A model generated the notes under the pieces. The model was given only the letters and a program-made list of their open reading frames with translations, did not search any database and was not told where the DNA came from. The translations under genes were made by a program, and so were the position numbers. From Paraphysomonas bandaiensis (lineage: Eukaryota; Protista; Chrysophyceae): a stretch of DNA of 64,000 nt. Below, piece after piece: positions 40,507-52,600 of this stretch (positions within the stretch are counted from its first letter, which is position 1; each line of letters begins with the position of its first letter). The stretch covers positions 45,281 to 109,280 of the forward strand of contig CBFFRP010000139.1 in assembly GCA_965644295.1 (NCBI GenBank). Direction: 5' to 3'.

Positions 40507-41180
40507 TTAAGGAAGTTGCAGACAAGAACCCCTGGAATCTGACTGGTCCTGGATGTAGTCAGCAAGGTATAGTGCCTGGTTTTGTGACAGGCGGACGTCG
40601 AGCAGGTAAAGACAGTCTATTTGGTGTGTGCGTATGTAGTGTAGGATAGCTTCGATTTTTCCAGGGTTGTTGGAGGGGTTACCGTTTACGTTCCATGTGG
40701 AGAATATGAAGGTCGTGGTACATGACACCAGGCTGTAGTTCGGCTCTGGGGATTTGGGTGTCGCCTGTGTATGTGATTGCTTACTGGCGATGAGATCTTG
40801 CCACTCCCGCGTGCAGAATTCAACGTCGTCAGCGTATGCCTCTCTCGCTTGTAGTAGGATCTCAAGCGGCCACTTGGGGTCTTGCCAGTATCTGTACCCG
40901 TAGTGTACAAGTAGTTCCTCGTGAGTTGCAATGTTCCGTGTGGTTCTGATGTAGATTTTGTCTTTTTTCGTGTGGAATTCTACATTAGCAGCCCTGGCCT
41001 GTAATGGATCATTGATGTACCCCGCTGCGCATAGTATGCTTTTGCTTCGTTTATCCCTTGCGTCTATCGCAAATGTACCTTTCGCGTCTTGCACAAGGTA
41101 GTCGGAAATGTAACCGGTGGACCTGGCTTCTGTGATGGGTAGGCGGTGTCCAATGTACTCAGAAATAATGGTGCACCGAG
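40507..41180 (-). CDS. SET domain core fused in frame to APE N-terminus (LINE ORF)
   Basis: TIISEYIG..DYLV..IDA..GYINDPL..ANVEF..IYIRTTRNIATHEELLVHYGYRYW, continuing without a stop into FSTWNVNG. Confidence 0.9.
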
Positions 41181-41769
41181 AGATAGTGTATATGACGTGT
41201 ATTGGTTGTGTGATGGGTATATGTTGTATATTGGTATGCTACACTTATATTCTCTCTTTGAGCCGAGTGCATGCAAGAGGCTCATGTGTACTGAGAGACA
41301 ATAGTGTATCACGTGTATTGTTTGTGTGATGGCAATGGGGGGAACTACAGTTCAATTGAGTAGTGAGAAAGTGATAAATATTCATGGACTTAGTGTGTGT
41401 TGTTCATACAGTGAAAGGAAAGTTTTATGATGTAATGTATTCATGATTGTACGTAAGTTGTATATTTAAATCACAAGTGGCTAGAAACAATATAGCTACG
41501 AGTAGGGCAATGACTGCTGGCATCATGATGATCAATGGGTTGAAAGTGGTAGTATGAGGGTAGATAACGTGGTTGCTGGTAAGCAAAAAGGCGCTTCTGT
41601 TACATCCTATATGAGACTTAAAATTATAATAAAATTAATATTTTTTGTTGTCTCTAACCCTAATACCACAAATAGAATTGTTTCTTTAACATTTCTACTT
41701 AAATACTGTAAATACTCCTAAATTTCCCAAAATATCGTAAAATTCCCACGTTTGCATAATGTTTACTTC
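41181..41769. mobile_element. Small AT-rich insertion in the LINE SET domain, related to 40034-40394
   Basis: Removal with an AG duplication restores GNALYAGEPIP-RCTIISEY. Same TTCCCACGTTTG-N11-CTTC right end. Confidence 0.75.
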
Positions 41770-41914
41770 AGGGATTGGCTCTCCCGCATACAGGGCGTTC
41801 CCCTTGGTAACTGTGTCTGCCGTGTCCATTAGTACCTTGTATCGAAGCGTTGTGTCCCAGGTGAGCGGGAGGGGTGGGTGGGCCGTTTGGAGTAGTGTGT
41901 TGAAAGGAGCCCGT

Positions 41915-43529
41915 AATGGAGTGTGTCCCAGGAGGTTCAGTCCCTGACTTATCGAGATTTCGACGCTGGGGGTGCAAGGCTTATGTGCTTATTCCCAAAG
42001 GTGATCGTCGAAAGGACTGGCAGGAGAAGTCGCAGACTGGGTATTTCATAGGTCTATCCAATACGAAAAGGAATCCCGTGTATGGCTTGGTGACAAAGAA
42101 GTCGTATCAGTACATGTTCTGTTTGATGAAAGTATACGTCCAAGAGATAAGGAGTACTATGCAGAGCTTGAAGAGGCCTTAGTCAAAACTGACCCAATCG
42201 ACATACGCTGAAAAAATTCTCACCAAATATGCAGCATTCCTTGGACCTTCAAACAAAGTTCGCAAATCTCCACTACCTGTAGATGCCATGGACAGGATTA
42301 ATTGCACTGATAGTGAGAACTCATCTCAGGAGGAAGAGGGAGTCGACAATTATCCCTATCGTAGCTTACTAGGTGCCATGCTATATCTATCAATGAATAC
42401 GCGTCCAGATATTGCGTATGCTGTTGGCCTATTGTCGCGATATGCTTTGAAACCTACAAAGGCTACATGCAAGTTGATGACTTATTTGTTACAATACATC
42501 AGGGGTACTGTGCGGAAAGATATTCGGTTCAGTGGTAAGAGCTTTGACATGCATATTTTCACAGATGCTGACTGGGCAGGCGATACTGTGTCACGAAGGT
42601 CGACAACTGGATACATTGTGTTTGCAGCAGGTGGACCACTCACCTGCCAATCAATCTTACAAGTTACTGTGTCTACGTCTTCAATGCAGAGTGAGTACCA
42701 AGCTATGTACGCTGGCATGCAAGAACTGGTGTGGCTTCGGGGGGTGTTGGCCGAATTGGGACTTCGACTGTACGAACCCACTCCATTCTTTCTAGATAGC
42801 CAGAGTGCTCGTGATCTAGCATTAAATCCAGTGTTCCACAAAAGATCAAAACACATTGAAATCAAATACCACTGGGTGCGTGAACATGTAGATCCAGAAG
42901 GACGTTTTAACACTGCGATATTGTATCACGTTGGAACTGATAACCAGACTGCAGACATATTTACGAAATCTTTGTGTGGTGTTATATATGAGAAGCATAG
43001 AAAGAGATGTCTAGGAGAAGATCAGAAGTCATCTGTGGACGTCATCAGAGAGAATTCATACAAACGAAACAGAGGCTCATAAACGTGTTGTCTACGGAGA
43101 GGCTAGCTGAAACGTCGGAGCCATACGTCCACCTGTTTGTCCTATATGGTTTCGGTGGTTGCGTATCCGTCAGTTATGCCATGTTTTACAGCTTTGAATT
43201 GAGAGGGAGTGTTGAGTTTTGCTGTTTGTGAGCAATTAAAAGCTGTAGTTTCCAAGATATTAGAATTATATCCGTTACCCAAAGAATACAGTAGTAGCTA
43301 GCTGTAGTATGAGAACCAATAATATGATAGCCATTGTAGTGATGAAACTGAAATATACTGACTGTACAAGATAGTGACGATGTAAGATCGTACTAGAAAT
43401 GGTTGGTGTAGCAGAGATAAAAAGAGTTGGTGAATGTCAATGAATGAAGTATGGTAACTCTCATAATTATATAATATTCTATGTAAGTGTTAAAGAAGGT
43501 CTTATTACAAAAAATGTCACTTTCTAACA
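41915..43529 (+). mobile_element. Copia-1 family second copy (Copia-1b), 3' part only with a further internal deletion
   Basis: Near-identical to 3758-4040 joined to about 5300-6634 at a TGACC microhomology. 3' LTR 43210-43529 has scattered substitutions relative to Copia-1a. Confidence 0.95.
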
Positions 43530-44128
43530 TATATTAAGAGAATTACTGTACATACATGTGTAGAGGTGTAGAGTACTGTTTGAGCTGGCGATGCAAAAAA
43601 ACTAAAATAAAACTTCAAAAATAGGTTTTTTCTTATTTTCGGATATTTATATACTATACACATCCTATATTCTGCACCCTACTTTAAGTAGCTTGACTTT
43701 GTGCATATGGCGATCATGATATTGATCGTCTGAAAAAAATAGTAGGCTTAGCTGCCATTTTTAATTTAATAGGGACGTCCGCAAAAATTAGTAGAAACCA
43801 ATGGCACTTAGTTAAGTAGGAACGTTGGTTTTATTTAGGAGGGAGAAATAAATTACCGTCTTTAATTGCAACGTCATATATTTTACTGCAATATATATCG
43901 TGGGACTAACCTTGAAATACATGTAATTTATATACGAATGTGCAGCTTCTCGAGCCGCAAAATCAGCATTATCAAGTATATATTATCTTACAGAACATGC
44001 TATGAAGTTACAAGTCACCACCAACGAAATAGACCGTAGAGAAGCATGGCGAGTGTAGACAAACTACAAAGTATATCAAACGCAATATATTCGCAACTAT
44101 AACATTGACGAATGGATGGACACGATTA

Positions 44129-44748
44129 CTATGACATCACACAACATCCCCGTGGACCATCCATTGCCCCACTCATGCTCGAAGGGGAGTAATGCAGGTG
44201 ATCTACAAAGTGATCCTATCCAACAAACGTGACCTAATTGTAAGACAAGTAATTACACTACCTCTGAAAGCACTTCACCATGATCATCAGCAAAAGTTAA
44301 TTTCTTATCTTGGTCATTCCTGGCAAAATAAAACACAGATTTAGAGCAATTGTATACTGTTCAAAGTGCAATTACCTCGGCGGAGACGCGTAACCAACCT
44401 TATAGCTACTCTGCAACTTTAATATGCTAACAGGCACTTTATCGCTATTTACAGGAATATTTTTATTATTAGTCTCTATGGTATCTGAACTATGCGGGTC
44501 TGGGGACGATTCAATGGGGATGACTAAATAGGAGGCGATATATTAACTACCGAAGAGCAGAAACTCTTAAAGGAGAAGCGAATCAAGCACAGATTAGAAC
44601 CCAACAACTTGACGCCCGTAGAGCTAAAAGTAGCAACAGTCACAGGGTCTGTGGTCAATGATATATGATTCTGGGTGGTGTCCTGATGCTCCTGTGAAGG
44701 GGTTCAACACAATTACGCACACAAAAAACTTGAACGAACCTGTTTCAT
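44129..44748 (-). CDS. Small multi-exon protein with RVxF-like motif and C-terminal CCaaX
   Basis: Not in the ORF track. Exons 44376-44523, 44262-44319 and 44129-44215 splice via GT-AG to ..KKLTFADDHGEVLSEDHFVDHLHYS..GCCVMS*. 5' exons are less certain. Confidence 0.7.
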
Positions 44749-45211
44749 TATATAAACTGAAAAATCGTGAAAATCTTCAGTAGACGTGAACTATTTCAGT
44801 TGGAATTTGACAAGCCGTTTGCACTTGATATCTGAAATCTACTACGTACGACACACGTACGAAGCTGGGCCTTTTTGCTTTTTTTTCGAAGAGCTCCGTA
44901 TATATTTCCGTTTTTCTCATCAGTGCATTGTGTACATATACCGGTATACTCTGTAGAGTATGTGTCCTGTTCTGCTGTATAACATACGCATAGTATACAG
45001 TTATGTGTACGAGCAGGAGATTGAGAACAGGCAGCGATATCTCGCTCCATCATATTCCTTCTCGATATTGCATAGTTTGAACACTGTGTGTCATCATGTT
45101 GTTACTTCGGATATATTACATTGACTGTAGCATAAATTACTTATGAATTCACCTATTCACTGATCAATAGGTTTAATACCATGGGACGGGTGTGGTAGGA
45201 GATTATATATA

Positions 45212-48200
45212 ATGGAATCAAAGTCTAATAACGAAGAGCGTAGCTCGTTTCATGATGATAATACGATAAAGAAAGTTTCGAAGTTGAATTCTTTTGAGCC
45301 TACAATTGGCAGTTTGACTAATAAAAAGCGCTACTGGGGATGTTTAACATGCAAAGCTCTCAAAAATGATAATCGTTCAAAGAAGTGCTCTTTCTGTGGA
45401 TGCGCCCGCGAAAATGATAGGTTTGCAATTACAATGAATGGTGGCTTGTATATGTGCCGTGTAGACACTTCGAAAACGTTTCCTGTAGTTGCGATAGCCC
45501 AAGTGTCTCAACAGCGTGAACGCTTCATGAGACTGAGACTTCCCATGGTTGCCGACACTCTGCTGGACTGTGTAAAGGCCGCTATCTCCCAGAGCGTGAG
45601 CGAGTCGGAGTATGTAATCGCGCCTGCAGTTTCTACTGATTCAGTGGAGAAAAAGACAACAGCACGGTGCGACGATCCGTCTTTAGATTTGTTTGACAGG
45701 GTCATGAAAGCGGGACAAGATTATGCGTATGATGCCAACATCGGTCAGTTTGTACATGTTGATACTCTGAAAGATCGTAGTGATGAGAATAGCGGATTAA
45801 TTCTAAAAGACTTGCAGTATTTGAAGTTCATGAAGCGTGAGAAGGTGGAAATGGGCAAAATCGTGCAGGAGACAATCAGCCGACGCAACGTGGAGCGGGT
45901 GGGCAATGCGCTCGACACCACCGTCGATAGGTTGCAGGAATGGAAGCAGAAGGTTCCATGCGCTTTGTGTGAGTATATGTTCCCTCCTGCGCAACTGCTG
46001 GGCACAATATCGTTCAAAACTGTTGCGAAATGGAAGGAAGACCACAACGTACCGCCGTGCAGTGACGCAAAGGCCCAAGCGGCGAATGTATATGATAGCG
46101 CACGCCTGTGCCTCTTTTGTACACAGTTTTTTCATGCTGATTACACGGACACCTTTGATGTGGAGATTGCCGCTAATGAAGACCTCAAGAAACAGCGACT
46201 GGAGTACGTAAGGAACGAGGTCAATTCAGAAAGTCCACTGATGCAGATCCATATAGGACTCACACTCGCAGAGTTACGACATAAGAAGCGGGCGGCCAGC
46301 GTTCGACAAAGAGTTCTTGAGGTGAGTGTATCGTTCCTGTGTAGATATACTTTTATAATCGGATAAATTTAGAGTCCTGCTGATGCAGAGGTTAAGAAAC
46401 TTGAAGCCGAGCGCAGAAAACTCAAGTATCTATTGGCGAAAAAAGCATTTCGCCGACATAAGAAAGAAATGGCAGCGGCCTCGGTATCGTCCCCAGCAAC
46501 GGGAAGGTCAGATGTATCTATTAGCAGTGCATTTGATGCAAGCAGTGGAAGCCCAGTGCGTAATTCTATTCGTCGTGGCAGCAGTAGCGATAGCGTGCTC
46601 CAGTCGCCTCCGAAGAGAGCCAACAGCAACAATAGCTCCGGCGTGGAGTCCCTTCCAGCTATTTCCAGAAGAAGTCAGAGTAGTGAAGGAATACAGTCCA
46701 AAAGTGGGTCTTATCTACCAAGTATAAGCCAGACTTCTTCGCTCCGGTACATGGCGGCCATAGGTGCGAAGTCGACTACGGGGAACTCTCTGTCATCTGT
46801 TCCTGAGGAGACTGGACAAAAGTCAAATCAGCCGAGAAAGGGTAAAGCCCGGACTACCACAAGAGGAGCTAAATGTGATAAACGAGAATGCAATGATAAC
46901 CGCAAGAAGACATCTAATTTGTCTGTTGAGCATGTGGAGGCCGGAGTGATGTGCCAACAGGACGGTGGAAGCAATGCGCATAGCTTGAGTGCCACGAATT
47001 ACCGGAAAAGAGATATGACCAAGGAGAGCAGTAAGCCGAAGAAGCCAGAATGGGTGGACGTTCGCTCTGGTATGGGGGCGGAGGTAGAGGAGAGTCGAGG
47101 ACGCAAGTCCAAGCTTGGTGCGAAATCGGTAGAAGATGTGGTGGTGCCAGTGACCGCAATAAAGCTTGTAGAATCTGCGACTAAAGTGTATGCCACACCT
47201 GTCGAAGAATCAGATAAAGGAGCAGCACTGGGACCCAAGCCGAGAAAAAGGCGTCAATCCGTTGATACAAGCTTCACACGGCGGCGACGTAACAGAAACG
47301 ACCCTCGCAACTTCATCGAACAAGACCGGCAGCGAAAGAATAGGAAGAGGAGGGGGCGCTGCAGATCGGGTGCCACTGAACCCACGCCAGAGGAGGGTAT
47401 CCCACAGCAACACGATGCCCATCAGACACTATCGGATCTTGACCGTCCCAGAGGCCCTTCTCCGGAGAGGAGAATGCACATTATTGCTAAGCACAAGGCT
47501 CCTAATCTGACCACCGCGAAGAAAGTGCGTTTACGACCGCGATTAAAAGTGGAATCACCTGAAATGCCCTCGAAAGAACTTGGTAGTGAGGCAGATGGCG
47601 CCACCATAGTGTCATGCGATAGCTTATCGAGAAATGTCGTACACAGTGCTGGCAATGGGATGATGCGTACAGAAGTACAGTCATCCACGTCGAGTCATAC
47701 TGCGCATGTGAACCACTGTAATCCGAATTCAGGAGGCCGCAGTCGAGAAGTCAGTGACGATGTATTTACTTCAGACGAGTTTTTTAATGAACAAAACATG
47801 TCAAATGAAGCTGAGCCTAGGACTATTTGTGTATCTCCAGTGACACAACAAGCTTGTGAGCATAAAAATCGTGATTTTAATACGACGCATGATGCACCAT
47901 GTGATAACACTGACAATGTAGATAAGGATGAAGTTTTGTATCGCCAGGATGAATTTCCAATGGAGAATACCTTGGAGAATAATATTGTTATGAAAAACGT
48001 AATGTGTGACTCCCCTGCTGTGTCCATGTCAGCGAGCATTGGCGAATCGTCCAGTTGTGGATATGCAGATGAGGATTTTGAGTCCGAAATAGAAGATGAA
48101 TTAGATGAAGATGTGCCAGATGCAGCTGTTAAGGATAGTACAAACACGGAAAAGTCCTACCACTCGGATGAGTTTTTCGATGAAGGAAGTGTGTCTGGCG

Positions 48201-49153
48201 AAGTGCCAGAAGTTATTGCGCCTCCATCGGCAAGCAAAGAGCGGTCTGGGAGTCGACAGGAATCGTCTGGAGACCGGTGTGGTGAAGGTAGTCGCAGCAA
48301 TTCGGGGAGACATTTGAGCGTGTCAATAGATCCCGATGATAATGAAGATATGTATCAATCAGATAAAAACAATACAATTCTAAGCAGCGGAATGAACTGT
48401 ACGCATAACCCCGACAGAATTACTGATGAGAACACATGGGCTCCTGGTATCGAACTACTGTCTGGACGCCCCATCTCATCTCGCCACAGTAACCGGCGGC
48501 CTTCGTCTTCTACCCTTCTTCCACCATATGAGAACACAGATCCTCGTATCATTGGTACCGGTGCCCCTCAATCCCCAACTTTTATGCGTCTCCGGAGACC
48601 ATCTCCAGTGTCAGCAGGAAAGAGTGTGTCGTCATCTGTGCTGGGTATGACTCCACCGGGATCCGCTACTCGCCGTCGAATCATTGGCCCTTCTTCTCCA
48701 ACAAAAATTAATATGCTTCAACAGATCAACTCTGTGGAGCAATCTGTAAATGGTGGAGGTGTGTCTTCTAAAAGAAATGATTCTGTCACTGAGACTAAAC
48801 TTAAGACGCGACGTATGAGCATGCCGAAGAACCTCACTGTTGTGAAGAGAAAGGATGATAATTCAGGAAGGAGCACATATGAAGAGAAAGACGGAGACAA
48901 TATTGACAGTAAACGACACCAAAAAGCCATGGAGTCTGAGAATACTGCAGTCCGAAGTATGAGGAAGATGTCTGCCGTGGACAGTAATGCTGTTGTGAAG
49001 GATATTGAAGGTGCACCTACTCAATTGGACTTAAATATCATGAAAGCCGGTGAAATGGTAAAGCGCTCAGCTGTTAAGCGGGAAGATTCCTTTGATCGAT
49101 TCACGCGAGTAGTAATCAACAGGAAAAATAAGGGGAAATCAAGTATTTTATAG
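45212..49153 (+). CDS. Large protein: N-terminal RanBP2-like zinc finger, second CxxC...CxxC motif, long disordered tail
   Basis: WGCLTCKALKNDNRSKKCSFCG; VPCALCE...RLCLFCTQFF. An intron at about 46322-46372 joins the 384-aa and 906-aa ORFs. Confidence 0.75.
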
Positions 49154-49699
49154 TGATCGCATGATGTTGGTAAGGGTATCAGCAGTGTATATATATTATG
49201 TATTCGTTTACTCTGGATGGTCCAGTTTCGTGTAGTGTTATCGCATCGTGTATACTTCTTGTTCTATAATTGTTCATGTAATAACCAGTTTACTTGTTAT
49301 TTTATCCTATATGACCTAACTATTGTATCTACAATATGCTTGTACAGATTTAGTGTATGAATATTCTTGGGCCTACGAACCAAAGATCTAGAGCATATTA
49401 TGATAATGATAAGATGAGCCTGCTACTGATAAATGAATTGATTTAAACTAGAAAAGAAAACCAGTAACAATGAAGGAAATGATGTTCATGGAACTTTAAG
49501 AGGAACAGGGCAGAAGAAGTCATTATTAATTTCGACTAAATCCTACAGTGTTTAGTTATATGTTTAATGTCGTACTGGTTTCAATGACTGCGAAACACCC
49601 TCCTGATATCGTGTTCTTTCTTCCTCGCCTTCATAGCTAATGAAGTTTAGGATCAACACGGTATGCAAGAATAGTGGGCACTGTGTACTGATTAAAAAT

Positions 49700-52600
49700 T
49701 ATTAGGATTCAGCTTAATACATGATTGTATCTGTGAGTTAAATGAAATATGTCATGAACCATGAACTGAATTAGAGAGAGTATCTGTCGAAGATACATGA
49801 TCGTCATCCTAACGTCGTCATTATCAGTTACGCTTCTAACTATTCCGTTGTGCATGATAGTTATGTTCTATACTGTTATTCGTAATTTTCACCCTATCGT
49901 GTTCATTACCTTACACTCTAATAATCACAACATTGTTTTAGTATTATAAAGATCAATTCTTTATTTGGTAGCGAGATGTCAGATAAAGTTACAAGTTACG
50001 ACTCAACCGACTCGGATTCGACAACCGACAAGCGAAAGGACTCAATGCCGAAATTCGATGCAAAGAACTTCTCCAGGTGGCAGAAGAAGTGCCGTGCATG
50101 GTTCTATCGCAAGCCTAAGATCGTTTATACTCTACAGAACGATCACCCTATTGAGCCTGAAGCAGGAGAAAACTCAGATGACGAGGACTGCCAGTATCGA
50201 CTCGAACAGTATCACGATGCGAAACGATATTATGATGAAGGTAATAACTACCTATGGTGAGTCATTGCAAGCTCTATCATTGGTCAGAATGAAGAGGCTG
50301 AAGGGATTTTGGAGAACGTCCCCGATTGAGATGGTAAAACCGCCTGGACCGACTTGTTGAACCACTTCAAGAAAAAAACGACTAATGACGTAATCACTGA
50401 TCTGATTGGACAATTCCAGAGCATAAAAATCAAAAAAGGTCAGTCGATAATCAACTTTCTTGACGCTGTCGAAAAGCTCACTGTTGAAACAAGCTGATTA
50501 ATTATGGTCATCGGATAAGTGACCAAGATTTAATATGACGCATTCGCCAAGGCCTGGTATCCAAAGAAAATATGACGTATCGTGAACTGGCAATCGACCT
50601 CCAAATGCACCCTATCGATGCCTACAAAACACTGATACGCAGACTACGCGGATTAGGAAGCTCGTCTGTTGGAATGCTCTTGTCAAGCAACGAAGAAACA
50701 AAAACCGACAGTATTCAGCTTGCAGCCTCAAAACCCCCATTTTCCCGAAATAAAGGGGACATCTTTCAGAAACCGTTCCAATAAACTGAAACATGACAAG
50801 AGAGCTGATAAAGACATTAAGTGTTTCCGATGCGATGGAAAAGGACACATCATCGCTGCTGAATGCAAGCACTCATGGGAAAGGATCCAACAGATGAAGA
50901 ATTCCTCTGGAACCAAATCAACTAGTAGGAAATTCAAGAAAGTTAGATTCCAGACCCACCAAAGCACTGAAAACGACGACTCCGACCAATTTGCAGATTA
51001 TGAAGACAGTGGCCCATTACTACAGAAAGGACGAGACTTCGGAGGAGTCAGCTATCCAATAAACGAATGTGATCAAGAAGCCGGAATGGGAACCCTTGAT
51101 TCTGGCTGCACAGTCTCAATCACACCTGAAGCCGGATACATCACTAATTATGTGGAATGCCTCACTGATATTCAAACAGCTATTAAGTCAGGATCGACTA
51201 TGACCTCTTCAGGTCATGGAAGACTTGGTATTATCCCTAAGTGCAAGCACGTGGACCATGCTTCAAGGACACTCGTGTTCATCAGCAAATTAGATGACCT
51301 ATGATATAAAATCTTGTTCGGAAACCAATCAGTTGAGGTATATAAAGATGAAAAAATACTGCTATCAAAGGGAAAGAGAGTTGGAGGCCTACGATACGAA
51401 ATTCCGTTAACAGACCTCGGTACCCCTATTGACGAATCCCACCTTGCTTCAACTGCTGCAGGCCCACTCGCAACCCTAGCACATAAGAGATTGGCACATT
51501 CTTCAATTAGACTCATATATACAGAAAGCTATACAGTCAAAATTAGTAACGGGTATTAAGTTAACGAAGTCGGAGATGAATGCTACTTCTTTACCGGGCG
51601 GTTTATGTGATGGATGTGCGACAGGAAAATCCCATAGTAGACCTGCCACCTGCCAAATGTTGCTGAAAAGAATGAGAAAAGCGAAGGAGCTGGGGGAGCT
51701 CATAGTAGCAGATTTCTCAGGGCCGCATGCACCCCATGCAACTGGAAACCGATACGTACTCGGGATTGCTGATGTAGCATCAAGGCACCAGTGGGACTCA
51801 TACGGACCAACGAGAGATGAAGATTTTGTCATCCAATCCATCCAGAAAGTTGTTGTTTATCTACTACATAGTATAAGGGCAAAACGGCTACAACATTATC
51901 ATGCAGACGGCGGGAAGGAACTGGTATCAAGATCCAGAGGGGCCACACGTGGACTTTCAACTCCCCATATACCTCCGAGGATAACCCATTCCAGGAACGC
52001 CCATGGAGGACTATTAAAGAACGAGCACTCAGCAGCTTGATGGATTCCGACCTTCCAGCAAATTTCTGGGAACAAGCTATGAAGACGTCCACACACATGA
52101 AGAACAGGCTACCATATATGTCAGACAGCAAAAGAATTTATGTCTCCGCTCTTTCACACGCACTAACCTCTCTCCTGCTCATCTACTAGGTGACTCACAC
52201 ACACAGCCCGCAACGCACAACGGGGGGGCAGCAATCGTCTGGCTTCCGCCCAAAACCAAATGGAGCACAGGAATAACCAAAATCCTACGACTTACAGCCC
52301 CCGAGCATACCCTACCCGGGCTAATCCCATACACCTACGAGACCCTGGCAATGTCAGCAGCCCTCACGTTCTCGAAACTCGTATCCCCCACCGTACCTAT
52401 GTGCACCGACTGCCAAGCAGTACAAACACGAACCACAGAAGCTCTCTATCGTCGGCGGCGAGCTCTCGGCACAAAGCTCCAGGGCATCTTTTACGAATGC
52501 CTCGCCACAGGAAATCACCGGCAGCGGCCAATCCGATGGGTCCGCTCCCATCCAGAACGCCGAACGCAAGATCGGAACAAATGGACCTACAATGACTATG

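Larger units (their letters stand above)
27702..41914 (-). mobile_element. Non-LTR retrotransposon (LINE) with SET-APE-RT-RNaseH-CCHC ORF, interrupted by four insertions
   Basis: Pieces 41770-41914, 40395-41180, 39627-40033, 30371-33665 and 27702-29020 rejoin. APE: STWNVNG, GGDFNA, SRIDHIL, DHRPV. RT: KAPGP, RPIGLL, DFQKAFDSI, GVTQG, YADD, KYLGV. RNase H: FTDGS, WVRSH. The 3' end matches the copy at 52152-53962. Confidence 0.93.

Noticed and set aside
41175-41766. SET-interrupting insert as a spliceosomal intron (GTAAAC on the minus strand)
   Set aside because: There is no AG acceptor that restores the frame, it is about ten times longer than local introns, and it shares a terminus with another insertion.
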